A DNA stretch of 63,905 nt, filler included, from Octopus bimaculoides (taxonomy: Eukaryota), in the NCBI RefSeq assembly GCF_001194135.2. It is 5 parts of 5 records of this genome, joined end to end, with 100 filler letters (N's around TTAATTAATTAA, not from the genome) between each part and the next. Parts side by side here need not be neighbours in the genome. Positions count along the whole stretch, not along the records: positions 34,831 to 55,814 come from NC_068983.1; 4 more parts are not named here. One strand, 5' to 3'. Position 1 is the stretch's first letter. Each line of letters starts with the position of its first letter. The translations under genes and the position numbers were made by a program. A model generated the notes under the pieces. It was given only the letters and a program-made list of their open reading frames with translations. It searched no databases and was not told the origin of the DNA. This document shows, one piece after another, positions 38,041 through 52,329 of this stretch.

Positions 38041-39026
38041 ATACATACATACATACATAAATACATACATACATACATACATACATACATACATGGAACT
38101 CACAACAAAGCTCGCACGCACGTACGCGGATAAACATAATGAAAATAACTTGTATTGCATAGCGCAGAATCTGTACAAAGCTGCCTACTCGTACATGCCA
38201 AAAAATCTCGAGAAATTAAATCCAGAACGATCTGCCTCTTCCTCGGCGAATCAATCTATTTCGAAACCCGCCTTCTCTCTCTCTAATCACCTCGGTCTAC
38301 TGACATTCCAGAACTCACTGATCCCACCGATCACTCATTAAAGGAGACCTCAGTGCCACAGTAAACTAAATACTACGTGACTGAATACGTAATATACTCC
38401 TCAATCACTGCTCGTGAAGCATGATAGCTCTCTAGCTTCTGTGAAGCCAGACGTGTGAGTGAGTGAGTCATTGGCTAGGAAGTTTTACAATCCTCTACCG
38501 ATGTGCCACAATTACGATCAAGTAGAATTGATTAGACCCAGATAATATTCTCACAAAGGCCATCACCATGACTGCAACTACTGATGATGTTGATGACGAT
38601 GTTATGTCATCCGTCAGTTTTAACGATGAGCATACAGTTGTCCGATCAACTAAATTGCATACTCGCTAAATTACTTTCTAAATTATCTAGGCTTTCGTAT
38701 TGCATGCAGACTCTACCTAACAAATTTTCATACAGTGCTTGTTGTATGACTCATCTCTAATCGTGCGAACATCTTTTATATCTAATTTTTTAACTTTACT
38801 TGTTTCAGTTATTGAAAGATAAAGGAAAAGGTACATTTAAACCATATATACACATACATATATACATATATATATATAGGTTTATATACACGCATACATA
38901 CATGTATACATAAGCATACATATACACATATGCACATACATACACACACACATACATACAAACATCCATGATAGATCGCTAGCCACTACACATTCTTTTT
39001 TTTTCTCCTTGTTTCTTTCTGTATTC

Positions 39027-39062
39027 CTTTCTGTGGAAGAGCGTAGGCTCGAAACGTTAAAG
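39027..39062 (+). ncRNA. Minimal type I hammerhead-like motif with a variant core
   Basis: cttt-CTGTGGA-A-GAGC-gtag-GCTC-GAAA-CG-TT-aaag. Stems I and II pair perfectly, but the core deviates from CUGANGA. Confidence 0.45.
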
Positions 39063-39125
39063 ACATTTTCACTTCCCGAGCGTTATACTAATACAGCTGT
39101 TCCTTTCTTTCTTTCTTTCTCTCTC

Positions 39126-39156
<31 letters not shown>

Positions 39157-40231
39157 TTCTCACTTAATTTTTCTCTTCCCCTTTTCTTTCTCTCTTTCTT
39201 TCTCTCCCTCTACCTTTCTTCATATATATATATATATAACCGATTACTTTATCTACAAAAAATAAACTGAATATCAATTTGAGTAGAATTATGAAAGAGT
39301 ATTTGGGTTAACGAAGAAACAGTATACCACATTTAAGTGTTTGCTACAGATTGCTTCAGGGAATATTAACACCCGATAATATAACTAATATGAGCTTAGC
39401 TGGTAAGGTGTATATTGAATAGAAGTTTCTTATATAACAACGAAAAGCAATAATATCCTACGCATAGAAAATCTCAACCGCCGGGAATAGTAAATCCGCT
39501 AGTTAATCCTCTAATGTTGGTAAGATAGATTTGAGATATTACAAGAACTTTATGGATTTTATTTAACATAATGAAGCATTTTCTGTAAAGATAAGCAAAA
39601 CGGTTGATAAGGTATTTTTATATTTTTATAAAATATAAAACTGCATTGTGTATATTTCAATACAGTCAATCAAAAGATATGCTTATAAAATTCCTCTAAA
39701 AAGATAAAGAAACTGTTATTGATAAGACAATGTAAAATGTGTGATAAAAAATGTAAATCTTGAAAATAAATATACAATGAAAAAGAGGAAGTTTTATCTT
39801 CTGGGAGATCCAAATTCGGTTACAATTTAGCATATGCTTTGCCTATTTGTTGTGTTATCATTATCAATTGTGCAATAATTTTTATTTTTTAAAGAAACGA
39901 TAGACACAGGCGTGATTGTATAGTTTGGAAGTTCAAGCGCGCTGTGAAATCACTTGATTCCAGGATCAAATTCACTGCATGGTATGAGCCGTCTAAATGT
40001 TTGTGACTAAATTTGGTTGACAGAAACCGAAGAACTCCGTTGTTTATGTATGTCCATGTGTACACTGACACAAACACACACATACAAACACACACACACA
40101 CACACACACACACTATTTTTCTGTATATAAGTCGAATTTTCCAGACCAAATTTACAAGAAGATATTGTGGGTGGGTTGATTTATACACCAAGTTGATTTG
40201 TGCGGTGGAAAATTCCATGGGAAATTCCATA

Positions 40232-40267
<36 letters not shown>

Positions 40268-40513
40268 TAGGTATCGCCAAGCCAACATGGCAGTCCAAAA
40301 TATAGGACGAATGCTGCCGTTGATCGGCTAGCCTCTAGCTAGCTACGTGAATAAGTACTAGGCTTACGAAGAATAAGCTCGACTAAAGGCGGTGCGCTAG
40401 CATGGCCACAGTCAAATGACTGAAACAAGTAAAAGTGTAAAAAGAGTAAAGATTTTACATACATGCATACATATATGTGTATATAACTATCTTTATACAC
40501 ATTTATGCAACTT

Positions 40514-40898
40514 TTTACGTTTTACTTGTTTCAATCATTAGACTGCGGCCATGCTGGGGCATCGCCTTGAATAATTTTACTTGAACGAATCGACTATCAC
40601 TTATTTGTATTTTAACCCCGGTACTTATTTTATCAGTCTCTTTTGCGAAGCCGCTAAATTACGGAGACGTAAAGACCGGTTGCCAAGCGGTGGTGAGGAC
40701 AAAGACACACACACAAACACACTCTCACTATGTGTATAAATACGACCGGCTTCTTCCTGTTTCCATCCACCAAATCTGTTCTCAAGGATTTGGTCGGTCT
40801 GAGGATATGGCAGAAGACAGCTGCCCAAGGTGCAACACAGTGGGACTGAATTCGGAATTATATGTTTGGGAAGCAAACTTCTTACCACACAGCCAAGC
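40514..40898 (-). mobile_element. SINE family A, diverged full-length
   Basis: Colinear with the other family A copies. Confidence 0.85.
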
Positions 40899-40925
40899 AC
40901 ATACATACATACATACATACATACA

Positions 40926-40956
<31 letters not shown>

Positions 40957-40959
40957 GAA

Positions 40960-41205
40960 ACAAGGAATACTGGTGGAACGCTGTTATAAAAACTGCAATT
41001 CGGCGCATACATAACAGACCTGGTATTGTTCTGTGGGACAGGAAACAAAAATCATGTTGTGTTGTAGAGGTCAGCTGCCCCGTGGATGTGAATGTAAAAT
41101 CCAAACTTCAGAAAGAAGAAACATTTATAGTAAATTAATGCGGAACTTACAGATCTTGCACCTTGACTATAAATTCTCACTGAGAACTCCCAGTACAGTT
41201 ACATT
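40960..41205 (+). pseudogene. REL endonuclease fragment of a non-LTR retrotransposon
   Basis: WWNAVIKTAIRRIHNRPGIVLWDRKQKSCCVVEVSCPVDVNVKSK...YSKL resembles the RPD-x-E-x-K nuclease motif (D apparently mutated to G). Confidence 0.65.
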
Positions 41206-43556
41206 NNNNNNNNNNNNNNNNNNNNNNNNNNNNNNNNNNNNNNNNNNNNNNNNNNNNNNNNNNNNNNNNNNNNNNNNNNNNNNNNNNNNNNNNNNNNNNN
41301 NNNNNNNNNNNNNNNNNNNNNNNNNNNNNNNNNNNNNNNNNNNNNNNNNNNNNNNNNNNNNNNNNNNNNNNNNNNNNNNNNNNNNNNNNNNNNNNNNNNN
41401 NNNNNNNNNNNNNNNNNNNNNNNNNNNNNNNNNNNNNNNNNNNNNNNNNNNNNNNNNNNNNNNNNNNNNNNNNNNNNNNNNNNNNNNNNNNNNNNNNNNN
41501 NNNNNNNNNNNNNNNNNNNNNNNNNNNNNNNNNNNNNNNNNNNNNNNNNNNNNNNNNNNNNNNNNNNNNNNNNNNNNNNNNNNNNNNNNNNNNNNNNNNN
41601 NNNNNNNNNNNNNNNNNNNNNNNNNNNNNNNNNNNNNNNNNNNNNNNNNNNNNNNNNNNNNNNNNNNNNNNNNNNNNNNNNNNNNNNNNNNNNNNNNNNN
41701 NNNNCTCTTTCCCTATACGACGCTCCTTCCGATCTATATATATATATTATAGGTATGCATGAATATGTGCATGTATATATGCATGTACGTATTTATGAAT
41801 TTCATTGGAATATATTTAAGATATCTAAGTGGAATTCATTGAAATGACAAGGCTATGTTTGAATCAGACAGCTCTTCTTGGTATACGAATTAGTGACTGT
41901 GAGTGTAGATAAATCTAGCACTTGTGGAGTGCATGTCACTTTAGTACACAAATGTAGTACTCTTTACTGCTTATAAGCATGTAAGCATGTAAACATGTAA
42001 GCATGTTCGCACTTATGTAAGTATGTATGTATGTATTTACGAATGTGTGTCTGTATGTATGTAATAATGTATGCATACTTTTACGGATTGAAGGCTGGAG
42101 GGAGGGAGGAAGTGGGGATGGATATATGCATGTATGTATATCACATTATTTTTATATTTAGGTATTGGTAACGTGTGTTTTCGACAATGTTCAATAAAAC
42201 TTTGGTCTATACGTTTAGTTATCTTGTTGTTTTAATGTTCTGTCTTCTTAAGTTCTATAGTTCTTGGGTTGGCAACATCCAACTTGAGCAGATTTTTCTA
42301 TTTTCTTTGTTTGTAATTTTTAATCCTTTTCCTTTGTAGCTACAAGAATGTAACGATTTATGTTTGAGATTTGATGTTTCTATTTGTAACAATAAGCAGA
42401 TGTAAACATAATGGAGGACACTGAGCTAATGTTTCCTTCCTGCTTCTTGTTTATCAATTCCCAAGCAGCGTTTACGTTTTTAACGTTTATGAGTCCGCCG
42501 GATTGAACGGTACTCTCCAGGTCACAAAATCATAATGATATACGAAAGGCAACTGATGATGGATGTATATGTTTGATACATACATACATACATTCATATA
42601 TACATACGTACATACATACATACATACATACATACATACATAGACAGACAGACGGACATACATACATACATACATACATACATACATACATACTAGAAGC
42701 GAATGGCAATCTATAATGAGGAACGATGCGCTTAGAAAACATTTGAGTTGCCCATCAGAAACTACAGGATTTTAAGATTATGCATGCAAGAGAATTCAGA
42801 ATTATTCTTGCTTGTATTGTCTTTAGTCACATGACACTTTCAAAAGATGAATTTGTTTCTCTGAATGGTCATATATCGAGATATCAACATGCGATATTTA
42901 TATGCAAACCGTTCAAACCGCGCTAGGAGAGTTCTACTAGCGTTAAGGTCCAAAGATGTACTCATCTATTGCTAAGCTAAAAATGCCGAAAGTTGCAACT
43001 GCTGTTGTCATGACTTTTGTTACGAAATATTTGTTACGAAATATTTAAAACAAAATCAGGGCTACGTTGACATCGGAAAGCGCATGGAAGAAAACTTGTC
43101 ACTGTAGTTACAGAGGTTTATCTGTAATGAAAAGTATTTCAAGCAAACACATAGAAGAAAGCCACATCGTTGAAAGCCAGATAAACTGCTATTGATATAT
43201 TTTTGTATTGTTTTTTTTGGTTTTTTTTTTACTCTATACGTCTATAAGAGATGCTATCTGAAGTGGAAGACGGCAGGCTGGTAACGATATACCTACTTTG
43301 AGTATGATACACAAAAATGCTATATTGAACTAATAATGGTTCTTTCGCTCATAACGAACATATGTAAATGTATGTGTGCGTGTGTGGAGGGGTGTATTTA
43401 AGAGTCTGTATAAGTACATGAGCGCCCATACACACGTAAACACATGCACATATAGATATGTGTACATATATGTGTGAGTGTGTATATGTAAGTACATATT
43501 TATGTAAATGTGTTTATAAATACATATATATGTACTTGTATATATGAGTGTGTTTG

Positions 43557-43644
<88 letters not shown>

Positions 43645-44502
43645 CTTTCAGACTTAAGTGTGTGGTGTGTGCATATACGTGGGTACATATATGTATATAT
43701 AATTTATGCTTATGTGTGTAGGTGCGATGTTTCAAGAGGATAAGATTTTATTTCTAGTTGTTTTAGCGGAAAAATAAAAAGGAGGTGACGTCATTATTCC
43801 CTCCGGGTATTTTCAAATAATAAAAAAAATAAATAAATAAACAAATAAATGATAGCTGTTAGTTAAGCTTCATGTTAATTAGAATGATCAAGACAACAGA
43901 TGCAGAAAAATCGTAACGGAAAATATTTAAAATAGTGTCCTACCATGGAAGCGATGTATGTGATAAATAGTTGGCAATTGAAAATGCCTCGAGTGGTGGA
44001 TATGGAAAAGAACTGAAATTAAATAGGTGATCTTAGAGGAAAGCTATTATATTTGAAATATTGCTTAACAATGCGGAAAAAGAATTCCATAATTTTTTTT
44101 AATCTTTGCAAATAGTTATGTACTTTTAATGACAGAGGCATGTATATTTTTAATCATGGTTATATTATTATTATTATTATAATTATTATTATTATAATTA
44201 TTATTATCATTATCGTTATCGTTATTCTTGTTGTTCTTTTTCTCGGTGTTATTACTTTTATTGTAAATGAGTAAAATTTTACAAATTAAAAAGGCGTGAA
44301 AATTACGTAGGAGACAAAATGGTTGCAAATATATCGATATAATGTGCGGCTTGACTAAACGACATGGAAGTAAAAAGATTGTACATACATTCATACATGT
44401 ATACACATTCGTGTGTGTGCGTGTGTGTGTGTGTATGTGTGTGTGCATGCGCGCGCACGTGTGCCTTTTATATATGTGTTTATATATATATAATAAATGC
44501 AC

Positions 44503-44540
<38 letters not shown>

Positions 44541-44598
44541 NNNNNNNNNNNNNNNNNNNNNNNNNNNNNNNNNNNNNNNNNNNNNNNNNNNNNNNNNN

Positions 44599-44637
<39 letters not shown>

Positions 44638-44879
44638 TATACATATATTCATATACATACATACATACATATACATGCACATATACATATATATATACGT
44701 ATATATATATGTGTGTGTATGTGTGTATATATATATATATGTATATACACGGACAGACTCACAGACAAATAGAGATAGACAGACAGACAGATAGATAGAT
44801 AGATAGACTAATATATAGATTGATTGATTGATTGATTGATTGATATATAGATATGTTATTTCTTTTTACTTCATTATTA

Positions 44880-47100
44880 CGACTTATACGACTCAAAGCC
44901 TGTACAAACTAGCCGCTCTAGACTCCACTTAAGCGGATGCTCTAACAACGATTTAGAGTAATTTGTTGTATTTGACTCGAGTCGAAAGTTTTGGTACCGT
45001 GCACCACTTCTTAGCGGAGCACGAAATATACAGTCATATCCCACCTATCACGGGATTATATCTTCACCCATGTGAATACGCAATTGCGAACAGAGCGGAA
45101 ATCAATGCAACAATCTCTAGAAGAACGTATCTAGAAGCATTCTATTCGGTATGCTTACATATAAAATCTTCCTAGCACACCACTCATCCATACTATGGTT
45201 TTTCTGCGTAATCAAAAAGCACGCAAGGTCACCAGTGATCTGAGGCAGCTTAAAGTACGCCCGATCGTCACCAGTATATAATTTCTGTTCTAGCAGAAAA
45301 TGGAAAGGCTCTTAACATGGCTACTGAAACCACTACTAACGCACGTACCAGCACACCAAGAGTTCACCTTGACTTCCACTAGAAAGTATCTCGGACAGCA
45401 ACTCCGTCTTCAGCTTAGATGTACGGACCTTGTGTACCTGCATAGAAAGCGACTAGAAGCTTGTAGCAGACTTCTCTCCAACGGACTTCAGATTCATCCT
45501 GAATTCTGCGCGCTATCATCTACTTCCAGTCATAAAAACACCAAATACTGACAACACATTGGCCTCCTAACAGGGTGTAGACTCAGCGGGATGGTGGCCA
45601 CCATTGTCTTGGATGACCTGGAACCACAGGCGCTATATGCAGGACAGCACATCGCATCATACCGGAGATATGTCGATGACGCCCTTCTACTAATTCGTTC
45701 CAGGGACGCTACGATCAGAATCCATGATATCTTCAACAGCTTCCACTACAACATCTTGTTTGACATTGGACAACCAGCTGCAAATGTCTTGCTAAGTCTT
45801 TTCGATTTCAACTGTTCCTTTGCCTCGGGGCATGCGACAATCCCATTGTTCAAGAGAAAGGTAAAGAGACAGACATCTGTCTCCACCTAGATTCGGCATA
45901 TCCACAGATGTTGCAGTACAACTTAACCCTTGACGAACTCAACCGCTGCCTAAAAAGGTATTACAAGGTTGAAACAGAGAACTCGGTACGGATGGAGTTC
46001 GCTAAGATACTGTGGCTAAGACAATACAAGTCACATTTTATAAATACACGAGCATGAGGGCGCCACGAGTGGACCATCCACAAGGCCAAACAGAACAACA
46101 AAACCCACAACGACAGCCAATATCACAGACCGCAGACTCGCTTACAATCAAACCCTAACAGAATTGACGCTATGAACGGTCGATGAGCTGATAACAAGAA
46201 CCATAACGGCAATAGCAACCACAGCACACAGTATGCAAGAACGGCCAACAAGCTGGTCACAACAGCAACAAAAGCTACCCAGCAACAACCACAGCGATAG
46301 CTACGGCAGCAGCAAAAGTAACAATCATAGTGAATCATAGTGACAACAGCAACAACAAAACAAAACAGCAATGACAGTAACCGGACTGGCGCCGCAGAGA
46401 CTTGAACCTTAGACAGCCGAAGGAGTGACAGAATTGACAACATTTACCCCCCACCACAACCCCACCCCCAAAAAACTGAACGACAGAGAGTAAGCCGAAC
46501 CAAGGAAGATATCGAGGGATAGTAAACACTGGGTCTACGTTGACCTGTTATACTATGGAGAGACGTAGATATCAAATTTAAAAAGCATCATCAAGAGATG
46601 TGGTCTTCTTGTCAGAACCACGAGACGGATCCACATGCTAATAACATACCTGACACATACTGTCTAAATCAATGTCCAATCCGAACAACCCAACCAACGG
46701 ACAGCGCTCGGTTGTGTTTCAAATCCAACGCAGTGTACCAAATAACGTGTTCCTGCGAGAAGACATATATAGGATCGTCCAGGAGACACCTTCACCTTAG
46801 AGTGAAGAAACATCTATACAAGACCACACTACCCAGCTTGTTCAAATACCACCAACACTCTGATGGAGATTTCTCCACCCGAGTATTAGGGGAATGGATG
46901 CAGTTTACCCCAGGATTACAGAGGTACACTTCATAAGGATGAAAGCACATGGCCGGAACCGTCGTAATGAGCTGGGTATGTGGAAACACATCTACTGCTT
47001 CTAAGATCTTTAACCAACATTATTCATTATCCAGAGAGAGCGAAAATAAGGAATAAGAAAGTCTGATGAAGAAGCAATAATTCGAAAGCGCTCATGAAAT
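44880..47100 (+). mobile_element. Penelope-like element (RT plus C-terminal GIY-YIG), degenerate
   Basis: LKVRPIVTS; SLDVRTLCTCI; GLLTGCRLSGMVATIVLDDLE; YRRYVDDALLL; then VYQITCSCEKTYIGSSRRHLHLRVKKH. Interrupted by low-complexity sequence at ~46080-46500. Confidence 0.8.
47061..47095 (+). ncRNA. Hammerhead-like motif at the PLE 3' terminal region (stem I weak)
   Basis: gt-CTGATGA-A-GAA-gcaataa-TTC-GAAA-GCGC-TC-at. Intact core and palindromic stem III (AGCGCT), but only 2 bp of stem I. Confidence 0.5.
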
Positions 47101-47269
47101 AAGTTATAATATCCAGCAACAAAGCTCACTGTAGATCACATGCAGAGTATATTAGCAATACACTGAAGTTTTATTGTGAAGTAAGATTACGTTTTTAGAT
47201 GCGAAATATTTATTTTGTTTCATATATATTTGTTATTAAAAATATTATTTATTTCTTTTAATTTAGGAA

Positions 47270-47685
47270 CAACACCAGCAAATTGTATAATATGAATTTA
47301 GTCGAAATCATTGACTTCAGTACTTGCCTCTAACGTTATTTAATCGACCAGAAAAGAGGAAAGCCAAAATTGGCGAAGGTGCGATTTGAACCCAGAATGT
47401 AAACAGCTGAGTAAAAGTATTGTAACGCAATTTTTCTGCACTTAAATATTCTGCTAGTTCGCCGCCTTCTACAAACAAATAATGGTTTTTAATTCTTTTC
47501 TAAAGAAATAATAATTTCCGGCCAGCAACATTTCGACCGCAGTTCATGACCGGTATTGTGTTTTATCGATCCTAAAATGTGAAAGACAAAGCTGACCTTA
47601 ACATGATTTGCGTCAGAACAAACAGCAATTTTGTTTTTTTCCGGCGCTCTGACGATTCTGCCAGTTCCTACCTTTTACAATGAAA
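47270..47685 (-). mobile_element. Two diverged SINE family B copies in tandem
   Basis: Two partial reverse-complement matches, ending ctgctagttcgccgcc and ctgccagttcctacc. Confidence 0.6.
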
Positions 47686-48239
47686 TAATGTTTTGAAATT
47701 TTTACTTTATTTTTAAGAAATAATAACCAGAGGAAAAGGTATTATTGTAAAATGCATATAATTTAAAATAACAAATGCGAATCGAGCAAAGTGTATTCAT
47801 GTAATTATATCGCTATTGACATTAATGTATTTTTCTTGGTGAAGAAATCATTTATAATGTAGGTGATAATTACGAAAATTTAATGTAGAGTTACTGAAGG
47901 AATGTAATATAAGGAAGTAATTAGGTATTTGTATATAAATAATGCAAAAATGTAAGTCAGGTGTTAATATGCTAATATATGTATTTAGTTACAGTTTTAA
48001 GGTGAGATATTTCGATGTTCAGTCAATGATGGGTTAATATGTATGTCATTATGTATTATTGGATGTAAAGAAAAATGTAGTTCATCTGTTTCAACGATGT
48101 GTACTTCGTTATTCGATCAACAAAGTTATGTTTTACATCGAATAAACGTAAGATTGAACATTCCTTAGATATTCTTGTTACTTTCAAGCAAAATCAACGT
48201 GATACAACGTGTAACAAGCCAGAACTGTTAAATTGCAGC

Positions 48240-48530
48240 TCTTATCTGTCTGTAGGAGCACTCCGTCGGTTACGACGCGAGAGTCCCAGCTGATACGATC
48301 AACGGAACAGCTTGCTCGTGAAATTAACGTGCAAGTGACTGAGCAATCCACAGACACGTGTACNNNNNNNNNNAAATTAACGTGCAAGTGACTGAGCAAT
48401 CCACAGACACGTGTACCCCTAACGTAGTTCTCAGGGAGATTCAGCATGACACAGAGTGTGACAAGGCCGGCCCTTTGAAATATATGTACTACTCATTTTT
48501 GCCAGCTGAGTGGACTGGAGCAACGTTGCA
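48240..48530 (-). mobile_element. SINE family C, 3' part
   Basis: gcactccgtcggttacgacg...aacggaacagcttgctcgtgaaattaacgtgcaag is shared with 37674-37860. Confidence 0.8.
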
Positions 48531-48735
48531 GCTCTTATATATCCTCGAATTTCCACACAGTTTCTGTCTACATAGTTTCTGTTATCACTTACGGATATAG
48601 GGTAAAAATTAATAATTAATTAATAATTAGTAATTTTACCAAATAGTTCGGTGTGTTAAAAAAAATTAATTATCGGTAAACTTATACAAAAGTTTTATAA
48701 TTATAAACATAATTAAAATTAGAGTTCAGCAAAAA

Positions 48736-49084
48736 ATTGCTTCACCACACACCGAAATTTAGAAATAGCAGTTAAAACTACTATTTCACTACCATAATAT
48801 ATCTCCAAGACAGCAACACTCGCAACACACACAGGCAAAAGGGATTTATAGTCGGATTTATAGTCTGGAATACTGTACTGGAGATGGAAATAAGATCGGG
48901 TAATATAATTTACACATCTTTAATCCTGAAACGCGTATACAGTTAATCAAAGCCCGGTAGATTTGTTATTTTTTTTTTCCTTTTGCCTGTGTGAGCTGCG
49001 AGTGTTGCTGTCTGGGAGATATATTAAGGTAGTGAAATAGTAGTTTTAACTGCTATTTCTAATTTCGGTGTGTGGTGAAGCAAT
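48736..49084. repeat. Long inverted repeat (~107-bp arms, ~135-bp spacer)
   Basis: 48736-48843 is a close reverse-complement match to 48978-49084, with a handful of mismatches. Confidence 0.9.
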
Positions 49085-49369
49085 GAATTTCTAGGGGTAC
49101 AAAAATTAGGTTTATTTCATGATGAAGTATATATGCCTTCTTAACATCAATGGAGAAGATTAATAGAAAATATAATAATTCAAGTATTTAAACTAAAAAT
49201 TATTTATTTACGTATTTAGTGATGCTAATAAGGTATATTTACGTCATCATGGTTTTAGTAATTAAGCTATTTTATTCCTTTTTTATCGTGTTCTACCCTA
49301 CTGATCATTTTATTATTTTATAATAACCTTTATGAAATTAAACTAATTTTTGTACCCCTAGAAATTCAT
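49083..49369. mobile_element. MITE with ~38-bp TIRs
   Basis: atgaatttctaggggtacaaaaattag... at the left and ...ctaatttttgtacccctagaaattcat at the right. Confidence 0.75.
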
Positions 49370-50324
49370 ATTTAGCTTGTATATAACAGTACCGATAACT
49401 TCATAACTTATAATAAACTGCTTAAATTATAATTTAATTAATATATACTTAGCATGTTCTTTCGCCTCAGTGCTCCTTTATTAAATACTAGTAAATGCCA
49501 ATGATCTATTTTCATAGATACCATCTGATAAGTTAATATTTAAGTATGTAATATGAATAAATATGAAACTATTTGTATGTAATTTCTTTCTTTGCTCTAA
49601 TGTGGTAAACTTTGGTATATACTCAAAAGTAATCAAAAATTTTATCATTTTGGTTATAATATTCTTCTTAATAATCTTCTTGATAACTCTAAATTGTAAC
49701 TTTATACAATATAGCAATATTGTTTAAATCACTCAACTATAGTACCCCATGATAAAATTTGCCCTGTATTACCATCATTGCCTTTACTAGAGTCTTGCCC
49801 CTGTAACTGATAACTAATATCTTGACTTAAGATCTTCTTTTACCAAATCACGTTATATTGCTTCAAATTAATCGTGATAGTTTTATGACTGTACCTACTA
49901 TGATTTCTGTCGACTCCCTCAGCCCTTTCCTAACAGACACTGCTCTTTGTTCCTTGGCCTTAGATTTTGATATACAAAGATTTGATAAACAAGACTACAA
50001 ATTAACACTGACCCCAAAAAACGGTGACAAGCTAAATCTCTAACAAGTTTTTTTTCCTGATGCCTTAGTAACCTCTAAGCTGAAGTGAAGACAGCATGAT
50101 CTTTGTCTATCTCCTTATCTTTTTGGATGTTTTAGGTAAAATTATACTATGTATTTCTGCAGCTCAGGATTGCTCTGCATTTAAATTGATGTAATGATTG
50201 CATTGTTCAATTAAATGGGATCACTTCAAACGATCGTACTGCATTACCTCTGGATATCCTGTTGCTTGTTGTGATTAAATATATATATATATATATATAT
50301 AGACAGACAGATAGACATACAGAC

Positions 50325-50407
<83 letters not shown>

Positions 50408-51609
50408 GTATGTATGTGTCTGTGTTTGCACACCACCACTTGACAACCGGTGATAATTTATCTACGTTCTTGTATCTTTGCAAATTGGCAACAGAAATTG
50501 ATAGAGTAAGTTCCAAGCTCAAGCAAAGTACAGGTGTTGTTTTCTTCCACTAAAGCCGTCGTGGTTGCGCACCAGGACATTCGCAGTCGAACGTCTACAG
50601 CAGGTAAATTAAACCTAGAACCAAATCACAGACAGATCTGGAGTAGTGAGACCATGTCAATGAAGAGTGAGAGATTTGCGACAAAAAGACATTGGCAATC
50701 AGAACTGATTGATTAAACTGACAGATTACTCAAATTGTTGTTCGATTAAAAAGCTACCCAATAGAATATTAATAACAAAGAAGTGAAACTGAACTAGTGC
50801 GTGTATTTATGATTGGTGTTTTAGGTTTAATTTTAATTAAAATCATTCCAAAATTAATTTTAAAACTGTCGTAGTCTCGGCTTATTGCGATATTAACTTT
50901 TCGTCCACTTCTCCCGCACAGTCATCATGATTAATAAATTTTTATTGAGTAAATAATACAGCATAGAGATTATACATATTAAGGCACACAAGTTTCCCGT
51001 ATGGTGCTGTCATATTGCATGTTATATATCATATAGCTACAGATTTTGTTTTGAATTAGATTTCTCAAACAAACCTCCTCCATCAGTTGCAGAGATGGTA
51101 GCAGACATACATATGTTAGTAATTTTGCAAAGATTAACCCGATCCAAGAATACGCTTGTATACACATGTATTTAATATATCAATACATTTGTATGTATAT
51201 GCATGTATCTACACACACACACGTAAATATGCATTTGAGTATGTGTACGAATGAATCTATTATGCAGTATCATAACCCAATTTATATGTATGTAACATAA
51301 GTATTATCACTATTACATCTATTTTTCTTCTTTTCTTATTTTTCTTTCATATGCTGCCTTGGTATTAAAAACATACATTTCAACAGTTAAAGAATTTCAA
51401 TAAACATATCTGAACTTGAAATCTTTGCCTCTGTAAAAGAATACTTCTCCAAAATTTCATATGTACAGAGAAATTTAGGTTAATTCAAGAATTGCATAAC
51501 ATTGGCGACTGTATATTTCTATATTCCACTAAGTTTTTTACAGAGATGAAAGCTAACAGAAACTTCATTGACTCACGTATTGAATTACTTGTGTATTTCG
51601 ACCATGAGC

Positions 51610-51684
<75 letters not shown>

Positions 51685-52329
51685 GATATACATGCATACA
51701 CACACACACATACATACATATATACACGCACACACACACACACACATATATATACATGTATAAGTATGGTTATGTATGCATGTAAACACACATAAACATG
51801 AGCACAGAATGCAGATATACATACACATAGATATACATGTAAGTGCGTTTGCTTCTTTGTGCGCGTGAGTGTCTATACATGAAATAGTATGCATTCAAAC
51901 ATACGTACTTACTCAGTTACATTTGTATACATGTATTTGAATAGGGAAACGTATTTTCATGTATAATGTGTATATGCATTTTTACTTCCTGCTTTTTTTT
52001 TCTTTTTTTTTTGATTTTTTTTTTCTGTATGCCTATAATCATGCCTATCACTATGTAAATACAATTTCGGTTGTAGTACACAATCGATATTTAAGGTTCC
52101 AGCATATATTACTTTCCCTTTATCTCTCTTTCTCTTTCTCTCCCTTTCTCTTTCTCTCGCTTTCTCTCTCTCTCTCTCTTTCTGCCTTCCTCTTTGGTGC
52201 ATGAGTATATTCATGTATGTATGTATGTATGTATGTATGTATTCATGTATGTATGTGTGTAACCACATGTGGATCGTTGGTGATTTTTTCCACCGTCTTC
52301 CTTTTCTCTTGGACTTTCCTCTGTCTCCT

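Noticed and set aside
39470-39505. Possible Helitron 3' end (caaccgccgggaatagtaaatccgCTAGt)
   Set aside because: Only partial likeness to the ends at 19958 and 23876, and no linked 5' end or helicase.
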